From positions 96,001 to 160,000 of the forward strand of contig CAWHEP010000003.1 in the NCBI GenBank assembly GCA_963828525.1: DNA of 64,000 bases, written 5' to 3'. The DNA is from an uncultured Verrucomicrobiae bacterium. GTDB lineage: Bacteria > Verrucomicrobiota > Verrucomicrobiia > Chthoniobacterales > Chthoniobacteraceae. The notes under the pieces are model-generated. The model had not been told where the DNA came from. It did no database searches and was given only the letters and a program-made list of their open reading frames with translations. How positions within the stretch are numbered: the stretch's first letter is position 1; each line of letters starts with the position of its first letter. Below are positions 1-8,897 of the stretch, piece by piece. A program made the translations under genes and the position numbers.

Positions 1-2926
1 GCGAGCGCGCGGTGATTACGTCGATGATCTCCTTCTCACCCGTGCGCGGCAGATCTGCAACGGGGCGGTTCACAACCTTTTTTTCCATTTCCGCAATCTC
101 ACGCATCGGCAGTTCCGTCTGGTTGCGTTGAGGACTGGTCGCTTCCTTGTAACCCGTGATGAACTGGCACCCGAGCCAGCGGAACACGTAGTCCGTAATG
201 CTGGTGGCGTTTCGGATATCTGGATTTTTAGTGAAACCGCTGGGCTCAAACCGCTGATAAGCAAACTTCTTCACGAGGCTTTCGAGAGGCACGCCGTATT
301 GCAGAGCAATGGATGTGAGGGTCGCCACCGTGTCCATTAACCCGCCCATCGGTACTGCCTTCCTTCGCCATCTGGATGAAGAGCTCGCCAGGCTCTCCTC
401 CTTCGTAGAGACCGACTGTCACGTAACCTTCATGCCCCGCGATGTCGAATTTGTGAGTCAGTGAAACTCTGGTATTGGGCATCCGGTGGCGTGTGGGCTG
501 CCCGACCTTCGCCTTCAACAGGCTGAGTTCCTTGTCCAATTCACCGACTCGGCTTTCCAGATCCTCCCTGGAAGAGACAGTTGCCTCCAGCGCGGCGCCT
601 GGAGACTTCATGTCCTTGGTCTTCTCCACGTTCAAGGGGGCGGAACGCTTCGAACCGTCCCTGTAGATTGCGATGGCCTTCAGCCCCATTCTCCAGCCTT
701 CGATGTACGTTTGCATGATCTCATCCACGGTCGCCGTATTCGGAAGATTTACCGTTTTCGAAATGGCGCCACTTAGAAAGGGCTGAGCGGCGGCCATCAT
801 TCTCAGATGCCCTGTGTAATGGAGCGAACGTGTCCCGTTTTTGGGCTTGAAAGCGCAGTCGAAGATGGGGATGTGCTCGGCTCTCAGACCGCTTCGGATC
901 ACCTTGCTCGTTTCAGGAACTTCCACATCTTCGATCGTATCGTGTTCATTTATGTGCGCGAGTATTCCCCGAATCTCCTCGTCAGAATAGTTAAGATGCT
1001 CAAGAGCAGGCTTAACCGTTTGATTCACAATCTTCAGCATGCCCCCGCCCGCGAGTAGTTTGTACTTCACGAGCGCGATATCCGGTTCGATACCGGTGGT
1101 GTCGCAATCCATCAAAAAGCCGATAGTTCCTGTGGGCGCTAGTACGGTCACCTGGGCATTTCTGTAGCCAAATTCCCTGCCAAGCGCCAGCGCGCGGTCC
1201 CAGACCTGCCGAGCCTCTTCCTTAAGACCGGCGAACCGTTGGGAAGCCTGGATATTGCCCACGGCTTGCCGATGCTGTTCGATAACCTGCAACATGGATT
1301 CCACGTTGTCCGCGGCTACGGTCTTCCGTCCACCGCTCATCTGAGCTTTATGATAGCCGGGGAAGGGACCATGCAACATTCGCCATGCGCGCGCTTTGCT
1401 CATAAGCGTGGCCGGTCATGATCGAAGTTATCGCTCCAGCCAGAGCGCGGCCTTCATCAGAGTCATATCCCAGCCCATAACTCATAATGAGCGCCCCGAG
1501 ATTGGCATAGCCCAGACCCAAGGTCCGGATAGATATGGCTGTTTTCGGCAATCTCCTTCACAGGGTAGCTGGCATTATCCACCAGGATTTCCTGCGCCGT
1601 GATGAAGATGCGAACAGCAGCCTTAAAGCGGGCGATGTCAAACTCTCCGCTCGGCTTTTTGAACCGCAGCAGATTCAACGAAGCGAGATTGCAGGCTGTA
1701 TCGTCCAAGAACAGATATTCTGAACAAGGATTGGTCGAATTTTGCCGGGCGGTTCCCTTGCAGGTATGCCACTTATCGATAGTCGTATCGAACTGCATCC
1801 CGGGATCGCCGCAAATGTGCGTGCCAGTCGCGATCTTCCGGAGCAGGGTTCGCGCGTCTTTTTTCTCGCACGGTTTGCCATCCGTCACACGCATCGTCCA
1901 CCACTCCCTCCCCTCCACGGCTGCCTGCATAAATTCGTCAGTCACTCGCACGCTCAGATTCTCGTTCTGATACATGATCGAGCCATAAGCCTCGCCGTTA
2001 TAGTTTCCCTCGTAACCTTGCTCAATAAGGGCCCATGCCTTCTTCTCCTCCCGCTGCTTCGCGTCGATGAATTCTTCGACATCAGGGTGCCAGTCTTTCA
2101 ATGTATTCATCTTCGCGGCACGACGCGTCTTGCCGCCACTCTTCACAACATTGGCAACCTGGTCGTAAACCTTCAGGAAGGAGAGCGGCCCGCTCGGGCG
2201 TCCACCGCCGCTGAGCTTCTCCCGCGTGCTGCGCAGGGTAGAGAGATCACTGCCTGTGCCGCTTCCATATTTAAAGAGCATCGCCTCGCTCGTCGCAAGG
2301 CGCATAATATCTTCCATGGTATCATCGACGGATTGGATGAAACAGGCGCTGGCCTGGGGATATTCATATTGGCTCGGCGCGCGCTCCGCTGCTCCTGTGT
2401 TCCTGTTAAAATAATAGTTCCCCTGCCCTCTCCCTTCACCCACCCCGTACTGCTGATGGAGCCCGACGTTGAACCAAACCGGGCTGTTGAAAGCGCCATA
2501 TTGATTCACGCACAGCCACGTCAACTCGTCGTAGAAACGCTCCGCGTTCGCCTCGTCCTCGAAGTAGCCGTCCTTCATTCCGCAGTCTGTTATCGTGCGG
2601 GTAACTCGATGAACTAATTGACGAACGGATCTCTCACGACCGCCTTTGTAAGGATCGTTGCCGTGCGCGATATCACCGTAAAAATACTTGGACACGGCGA
2701 TCTTCGTGGCAAGCGCCGACCACCCCTTGGGAACCTCGATGTCTTCCTGCTTGAAGATCACCGCGCCGCTGTCGTCGGTGATCTCAGCCGTTCGCTTCTC
2801 CCACTCCACCTGGTCCAGAGGAGCCACGTTCTCGTCGCTAAATACCCGCTCAAATTCGAGCCCGTTGTGTCTGGCGGAAAATGTTTCCGTAGAAGTTTCG
2901 CAATCAGCTACCAAGGTCGTGCTCAT
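1..2926 (-). CDS. nrdJ: Class II (adenosylcobalamin-dependent) ribonucleotide reductase; three apparent frameshifts; 3' end outside the window
   Basis: Motifs FNSPVWFNVG, SACFI, GGKTRRAAKM, TNPCSEY, (Y)RTLGLGYANLG, APTGTIG, SGAISKTVNLP and YRDGSK. A C-terminal segment (KFAYQRFEPSGFT...SITDYVFRWL) was read manually in the last frame. Frame changes near 1527, 1372 and 351. Confidence 0.93.
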
Positions 2927-3009
2927 TAAACTTTTTACCGTGTGAAGGTGAATAACTCTTTAATAACCGTCCAATATCATGCGAATACCCGGTGAGTTCC
3001 CGTGAGTAA

Positions 3010-3056
3010 CCACATCATATGGGGCGGTCTATGAAATAAACCACAAGTAATGGACT
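3010..3056. promoter_or_regulatory. Tandem NrdR-box-like operators upstream of nrdJ
   Basis: CCACATCATATGGGGC (3010-3025) and CCACAAGTAATGGACT (3041-3056) resemble acaCwAtATaTwGtgt. They start 31 bp apart, about 85-130 bp upstream of the nrdJ ATG. Confidence 0.55.
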
Positions 3057-3183
3057 TCGCGCAAGAAAAAACTGCGGAAAAAGACGGGTCTTCGCGGTCC
3101 CAAGATAGCGCGCATGCGCAGAGAACAGAACGATTCCGACCCCGAGACGAACTCGAGGCGCGCATCGACTGTATGGAGTGCCC

Positions 3184-4686
3184 CTAAGCCGTGACTTCGG
3201 CACTGTCTCGCGCGCCGAAGACGAAAGGCAGCCATTGAGCGACGGAAGTGAGAGCCACGTACCAGAACCCAATCTCGAAGAGCATCAGGAAGGGGAGCGA
3301 GAAGTACTGCCGGTGTATCACCGCGGAGACCATGAAATAGGTGAAGTAAATGGCAAACGCGAACTCCGCCACGGGAAGAATTGTTGCCAGGGGCAGGTAG
3401 CGAGAGGTTCTCCATGCGCGGGTAGACTTTCCCTCGATGCCGTATTTTGGAGTTCGTTTGAACTCTGATGGCCGATTGAAGACCGCTTCCAGGACTGCCT
3501 TGGCATTGTTAAGCGACAAGCCGATCCCCAAAGCAAGAAGGAAGGGCATCAAAAGTATCTCCTTAGCCCATGTCTTGGGATAGAGCTCCCGTTGGGCACA
3601 TATATAGAAGACGCCTACCGAGAGGGAAGCGGCGAAGAACACGGGAATGTCGATGAGGATCGAGCGCCAGACCCCGTGACCAAGACCGCCGGTCACCGGG
3701 TGCAAAAGAACACAGAGAAAAGCGAGCAAGAGATAGGCAAAGTTCGAGGTCAGGTGGGCAGTAGCCTCGACTTTGATCCGGACAGGCAGGGTGCTGCGCC
3801 AGATGGCGGGCAACAACTTCTTGCAGGTCTGGACGGACCCCTTCGTCCAGCGATGTTGCTGAGATTTGAATCCGTTCATATCCACCGGAAGTTCCGCTGG
3901 GGTGACAAGATCTGACAAAAAGATAAATTTCCATCCCTTTAGCTGTGCCCGATAGCTAAGGTCGAGATCCTCTGTCAGGGTGTCATGCTGCCACCCACCC
4001 GAAGACTCTATACAAGCCCGGCGCCACAGCCCGGCAGTGCCATTGAAGTTGAAAAACCGCCCGCTGCGGCTCCGCGCCGTTTGTTCGAGCAACAGATGAC
4101 CGTCCAGGAACATCGCCTGAACACGCGTGAAAAGAGAATACGTGCGATTAAGATGTCCCCAGCGAGTCTGAAGCATACCCACTCCTGGATCAGTGAAATA
4201 GTGGACTGTTTTCTTCAGCAGGTCTGTGGTTGGAACGAAGTCCGCGTCCAAGATCAGTATAAATTCACCTTCGCAAGACTGCAGTCCCGTTTCCAAAGCG
4301 CCCGCCTTGAAACCCGCGCGGTTGGACCGGTGGATAAGTTCCACCTTGAAGCCGCGCTCCTTAAGCTCCTTCACCCGCGCTTCCGATATGTCGCGCGTCT
4401 CGTCGGTTGAATCGTCGAGGACCTGTATCTGCAGCAACTCGCGGGGGTAATCAAGAGCGCTGACTGCTTTCAGAAGGCGCTCCACCACATAAAACTCGTT
4501 GTAAATAGGCAGCTGCACTGTCACTTTCGGCAGCTCTTTGAACTCCCCGATAGCCCTGGGAGCGTTTTTGCGATACTTGAGAAAAAGGTAAACGATTGCG
4601 TAGCGATGAAGGCCGTAGAGGCATAATCCGGAAAGCACCACAAGGTAACAAACTGCCCAAATTATGTGTCCTATGGTTCCGTGCAT
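3184..4686 (-). CDS. Membrane GT2 glycosyltransferase (cellulose-synthase-like superfamily)
   Basis: VQLPIYNE, LDDSTD, FKAGAL, DAD, TED and QQHRW motifs; N- and C-terminal TM helices. Confidence 0.9.
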   Translation of the reverse strand: MHGTIGHIIWAVCYLVVLSGLCLYGLHRYAIVYLFLKYRKNAPRAIGEFKELPKVTVQLPIYNEFYVVERLLKAVSALDYPRELLQIQVLDDSTDETRDISEARVKELKERGFKVELIHRSNRAGFKAGALETGLQSCEGEFILILDADFVPTTDLLKKTVHYFTDPGVGMLQTRWGHLNRTYSLFTRVQAMFLDGHLLLEQTARSRSGRFFNFNGTAGLWRRACIESSGGWQHDTLTEDLDLSYRAQLKGWKFIFLSDLVTPAELPVDMNGFKSQQHRWTKGSVQTCKKLLPAIWRSTLPVRIKVEATAHLTSNFAYLLLAFLCVLLHPVTGGLGHGVWRSILIDIPVFFAASLSVGVFYICAQRELYPKTWAKEILLMPFLLALGIGLSLNNAKAVLEAVFNRPSEFKRTPKYGIEGKSTRAWRTSRYLPLATILPVAEFAFAIYFTYFMVSAVIHRQYFSLPFLMLFEIGFWYVALTSVAQWLPFVFGARDSAEVTA

Positions 4687-4875
4687 ACTGATTTTAGTGA
4701 AATCTGAAAGGGTGAGGGCCTGATTTCGGCGGAATCATGCCCGTTTGTTTTACCTCGTCAAGATGAAAACTCGTCCCGCTGGCGCTCCCGCGAGGCGTTT
4801 CCTGGCGGCGCGCTCGCGCCAGCGGGCGGAGGTTTGATGCCCGCCGGGTAAGCGCGGCAACTTACAATAGCTCGA

Positions 4876-7329
4876 ATGCAAACTTCACCGAAATCCTTCA
4901 CCAAGCGGCGATTCCAACCCCTGGATATCGCCTTCGCGATCCTGTTCGCAGGGTGGGTGCCCTCCATCTTGATGGCAGTGGTTTCATACAGCATTCTTAC
5001 AAACACTCTTGAGTCCAAAATCGTCATTGACCGCCGCACGCTGGTTCAAACGCTCTCGCGACTGATCGGCTATGACCTGGTGCGCACCGCGGAAGTGGTA
5101 GAGTATTATCAAAATCTGCCACTCGCCAAGCGCATGGTGTTGCGTCCGTACGGTGATCCTGCTGCCCAGGAATGGCTTGCGGACGCTCTTTTCTCCCACC
5201 CGAGGATGGATGGTGTTTTCCTTACCGACGCGGGAGGCAGGCTGATATCCTCCGTGCCCCTCGACCCGAAGCAGATCGGGCAGGTCTATGCGACTGATCG
5301 TATGCGGGAGGGTGCCCGTAGCGGGAGGGATGCCTTCACCTCCGCGGTCGCTCCGCGCCCAATCGACCATAGGCTCGCCACCTTTATTCTCACGCCGATC
5401 TCAGCCAAATCCGGCGAAATCCTGGGATACATTGGGGCCACTGAACTTGTGGAGAGGATCGGACGACGCCTGGCAGCGTTCGACTTCGGCGAGCGATCGG
5501 TCGCTCAAGTCATAGACCAGGATGGTTTCCCGTTGTTCGACGCCAGCCTGGAGGCGAATACCCGCCTCGGGGTTGCCGGCGATGCAAGCCTTGTGCGAAA
5601 ATTGAGATCACAGCCTGAGGGGCATTTCCAATTCGGCGAAATTCTATTCTCCTCCAGTCAAGTGGAAGGAACGCAGTGGACCGCGAGCCTCGCGCAGCCC
5701 ATGGCGGTGGCGTACCGCCCTATTCACGATCTCATCTCCAAAACTGCCATCCTTGCCGGGTGGCTCGTTGTGGGAACAAGCATTGCAGCATGGCTCGTGA
5801 GCGGCCTTTACCGAAAACAACTCGTTTCGGATGAACGCATTGCGATGGAGACTCTGCTGAACGAAAAAATCCTGGCGAACATGCCGGTGGGAATCGCGGT
5901 GATAAACCCCGCTACCAGCGAAATCGCGCAGCACAATGAGAGCTGGTTGAGAATGATGCGCGAGTTCGGAGGCCTCGATAACACGCGCGGCGGCCAACAG
6001 ATCCGCGTATCCGAGTTAAATCTGGGACTGGATGCTCTTTGTGCCGATGTCACAGGATCTGGGATCGCTTTTCATGTTCAGGAGAGAGAAGCCATGTCCC
6101 CTTCCGGTGAAGCGCGCTTTTTCACGTTGAACCTCATTCGCCTGCAGGATGCTCATCAGAAGGCGCCGGGGATCCTCTTTCTCGTGGAAGATAAGACGCC
6201 GGATGTCTCGATGCGGCGTGAACTCATAGCGGCGAACACCTCCAAAGATCAATTTTTGGCGCTGCTCTCCCATGAACTGAGAAACCCTCTTTCCCCAGTC
6301 ATTATGATGGTTGCCGAGCTTGAGCAGAGGACAGATGGGTCCCCTGAAGTTCAAAATGCGATTGACGTGATTCGCCGCAATGTTGAGCTGGAAGCCCATC
6401 TCATCGACGACCTTCTCGATGTCACCCGCATCACTCATAACAAAGTGGAACTCCAGCGCGTCATTGTTGACGCGCACGAGACGATCAAGCGAGCGCTGGA
6501 GATTTGTCAAAACGACATAAACGAAAAGAGCTTGAGCATCGTTCTTGATTTGAGGGCGAAGCGGTATTTCCTCAACGCGGATCCGCAGCGCCTTCAGCAG
6601 GTCTTTTGGAATCTCATCAAGAATGGGGTGAAATTCACATCCGAAGGCGCGATCACGATTCGAAGCCGCAACGAGGGCGAAAATTTGGTTGTCGAGGTGT
6701 CTGACACAGGGATCGGTATTGACCCGGAGGCTATCGGACGCATTTTCAAGGCGTTCGAACAGGTGGAACGCTCCATTACGCGCACATTTGGGGGACTTGG
6801 GCTGGGACTCGCCATCTCCAAGGCGATGGTCGATGCCCATGGGGGCACGCTGGCGGCTGCAAGCGAGGGTAGAGGGAAAGGGGCGACGTTCACAATCGAG
6901 CTGGCTACCGTGGACGCCCCTCCGGCAACACCTCCAGCGGAAGCTGCCCAGCAGAAGAGCACTCGCGCGCGCGGTTCTCGGCGCATCCTTGTTGTCGATG
7001 ACCATCTTGACACCTGCATGGGCATGAAGATGCTCCTGGAGCGCCGCGGATACCACGTCGAGACGGCTCACACCGTGGCGGATGGCATCAAGCAAGCGCA
7101 AGGAGGCGGTTTCGACCTTCTCATAAGCGATCTGGGGCTGCCGGACGGAACGGGCTATGACCTGATGGAGAAACTGCAATGTATCTCTCCTCTGCAGGGC
7201 CTCGCGCTGAGCGGATTCGGGACGGAGGATGACGTCGCGAAATCGAAGGCCGCGGGTTTCTCCGAGCATCTGATAAAGCCCATAAACATGGGCACTCTGG
7301 ATGCGATTCTGACTCGCCTCTTTGGGTGA
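4876..7329 (+). CDS. Hybrid sensor histidine kinase (TM, Cache-like periplasmic domain, TM, PAS-like, HisKA, HATPase, REC)
   Basis: SHELRNPL H-box, NLIKNGVKF N-box, DTGIG and GGLGLGL G-boxes, C-terminal receiver (VVDD, SDLGLPD, KP). Confidence 0.92.
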   Translation: MQTSPKSFTKRRFQPLDIAFAILFAGWVPSILMAVVSYSILTNTLESKIVIDRRTLVQTLSRLIGYDLVRTAEVVEYYQNLPLAKRMVLRPYGDPAAQEWLADALFSHPRMDGVFLTDAGGRLISSVPLDPKQIGQVYATDRMREGARSGRDAFTSAVAPRPIDHRLATFILTPISAKSGEILGYIGATELVERIGRRLAAFDFGERSVAQVIDQDGFPLFDASLEANTRLGVAGDASLVRKLRSQPEGHFQFGEILFSSSQVEGTQWTASLAQPMAVAYRPIHDLISKTAILAGWLVVGTSIAAWLVSGLYRKQLVSDERIAMETLLNEKILANMPVGIAVINPATSEIAQHNESWLRMMREFGGLDNTRGGQQIRVSELNLGLDALCADVTGSGIAFHVQEREAMSPSGEARFFTLNLIRLQDAHQKAPGILFLVEDKTPDVSMRRELIAANTSKDQFLALLSHELRNPLSPVIMMVAELEQRTDGSPEVQNAIDVIRRNVELEAHLIDDLLDVTRITHNKVELQRVIVDAHETIKRALEICQNDINEKSLSIVLDLRAKRYFLNADPQRLQQVFWNLIKNGVKFTSEGAITIRSRNEGENLVVEVSDTGIGIDPEAIGRIFKAFEQVERSITRTFGGLGLGLAISKAMVDAHGGTLAAASEGRGKGATFTIELATVDAPPATPPAEAAQQKSTRARGSRRILVVDDHLDTCMGMKMLLERRGYHVETAHTVADGIKQAQGGGFDLLISDLGLPDGTGYDLMEKLQCISPLQGLALSGFGTEDDVAKSKAAGFSEHLIKPINMGTLDAILTRLFG

Positions 7330-7345
7330 GGCAGATCCGGCGCGG

Positions 7346-8131
7346 ATGAAATCCTATTTCAAACAGTGCTTCTTCGCGGTTCCGGGCGAAAACAGTCTGA
7401 AGCGCTCGTTGAGTTTCGGAATGGCTCTCATCTTTTTCGTGGCCCTCGCCGGCTCTTCGATCCACGCCCTGACAGATAGAACAGGCTGGCGCGCGGTGAT
7501 GCGGTATCGCCTGCTGTTTTTCGACGGCTGGCTAGTGACCGTCGAGATATCCTTCTGCGCCCTCGCGCTAAGCTGCATGCTGGGCATAACCCTCGCTACC
7601 CTGCGACGGGCCTCTTTCCTTCCGTTACACTACCTGGCGCTTATCTATGTTGAACTTGTGAGGGGCACGCCGCTGCTCGTGCAGATTCTCTGTCTCTACT
7701 ACGGCACATTCCACCAGCTGGGCATCGATAACCGGTATGTTGGCGGGATTCTTGTCCTTTCCGGATTTAGCGGCGCGTATATCAGCGAAATCATACGCGC
7801 GGGACTCGACAGCGTTGGCCACTCACAACTGGAGTCGGCGCGCGCAATCGGCCTCTCTCGCGTCCAAACGTATCGGTATGTCATCGTCCCTCAGGCAATC
7901 AGACAGATGCTTCCAGCGCTCGCGGGTCAGTTTGCCGATCTCATAAAAAACTCATCACTGCTTTCCATCATTGCCCTGAACGAACTCACACAGAACGCGC
8001 AGATTGTTGGGGAAAATACTTACAGTAAACTCGAGAGCTATATTCCTCTGGCGGCAGGATACCTCATCCTCACAGTGCCAATCTCCCTGTGGACGCAATT
8101 CCTCGAAAAGAAACACGGTTTTGAAACTTAG
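7346..8131 (+). CDS. Polar amino-acid ABC transporter permease (HisM/GlnP family)
   Basis: YVELVRGTPLLVQ, AYISEIIRAG, ESARAIGL (EAA loop), LIKNSSL. Confidence 0.9.
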   Translation: MKSYFKQCFFAVPGENSLKRSLSFGMALIFFVALAGSSIHALTDRTGWRAVMRYRLLFFDGWLVTVEISFCALALSCMLGITLATLRRASFLPLHYLALIYVELVRGTPLLVQILCLYYGTFHQLGIDNRYVGGILVLSGFSGAYISEIIRAGLDSVGHSQLESARAIGLSRVQTYRYVIVPQAIRQMLPALAGQFADLIKNSSLLSIIALNELTQNAQIVGENTYSKLESYIPLAAGYLILTVPISLWTQFLEKKHGFET

Positions 8132-8897
8132 GTTCAACCGCGTCTCCAAGCTCTTCGGCGACCAGAGCGCGCTGGATGACGTGACAGCCAGCTTCGAGGG
8201 AGCAAAAAGCGTTGTTTTGATCGGGCCATCTGGTGGAGGCAAATCCACGCTGCTTCGCATTGCGGGTGGGCTCGAGACTCCGACGGCGGGTTCTGTAGAG
8301 TTGAATGACCGGCCGGTTCCCATTGAGCGAAACGCGCTTCGAGACTATCGCCGGGGCATAGGGTTTGTCTTTCAAGCCTTCAACTTGTTCCCTCACCTTT
8401 CCGCGCTGCGCAATATCACTTTGCCGCTTGAAAAGGTCCATCGCTTCCCTCCCGCGGAAGCAAGAGAAATAGCGATGGCGGCCCTTCAGCGCTTTCGTCT
8501 GGAGGCGCACGCGCATAAACGGCCGGCCGAACTGTCAGGCGGGCAGAAGCAGAGGATCGCCATCGCTCGCGCCACGGCCATAAAACCAAAGGTCATGATG
8601 TTTGATGAACCGACTTCGGCGCTTGATCCGGAAATGACGTCGAGCGTTCTGGATATCATTCAGGAGCTGAAAAGCGAAGGCCGCGACTTCATACTCGTGA
8701 CTCATGAAATGGGGTTCGCGAGAATGGCTGCCGATCAAGTCGTCTTCATCGCGGATGGCAAGGTGATCGAAGTTGGCGCGCCTGAGGAAATCTTCGCGGA
8801 GCCGAGGGCGCAACAGTGTCGCGACTTTCTGCAGCGCATCCTCAAGTACGAAGTTCCCGCTCAAGTCTGTTCCGCTTTGAAGAAACAAAAGCGCTGA
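8121..8897 (+). CDS. Polar amino-acid ABC transporter ATP-binding subunit (GlnQ family)
   Basis: GPSGGGKS Walker A, FQAFNLFPHL, LSGGQKQR, FDEPTSALDPE, VTHEMGFA. Probable TTG start at 8121 overlaps the permease stop. Confidence 0.9.
   Translation: MKLRFNRVSKLFGDQSALDDVTASFEGAKSVVLIGPSGGGKSTLLRIAGGLETPTAGSVELNDRPVPIERNALRDYRRGIGFVFQAFNLFPHLSALRNITLPLEKVHRFPPAEAREIAMAALQRFRLEAHAHKRPAELSGGQKQRIAIARATAIKPKVMMFDEPTSALDPEMTSSVLDIIQELKSEGRDFILVTHEMGFARMAADQVVFIADGKVIEVGAPEEIFAEPRAQQCRDFLQRILKYEVPAQVCSALKKQKR

Noticed and set aside
1..2926. nrdJ as a pseudogene, or as intein/intron-split
   Set aside because: Catalytic motifs are intact and contiguous across single-base shifts, with no inserted sequence.
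6016..7269. Long antisense ORFs (also 1742-2617, 13851-14747, 23479-24363, 61805-62851)
   Set aside because: Shadow frames of well-supported genes in GC-rich DNA, with no motifs.
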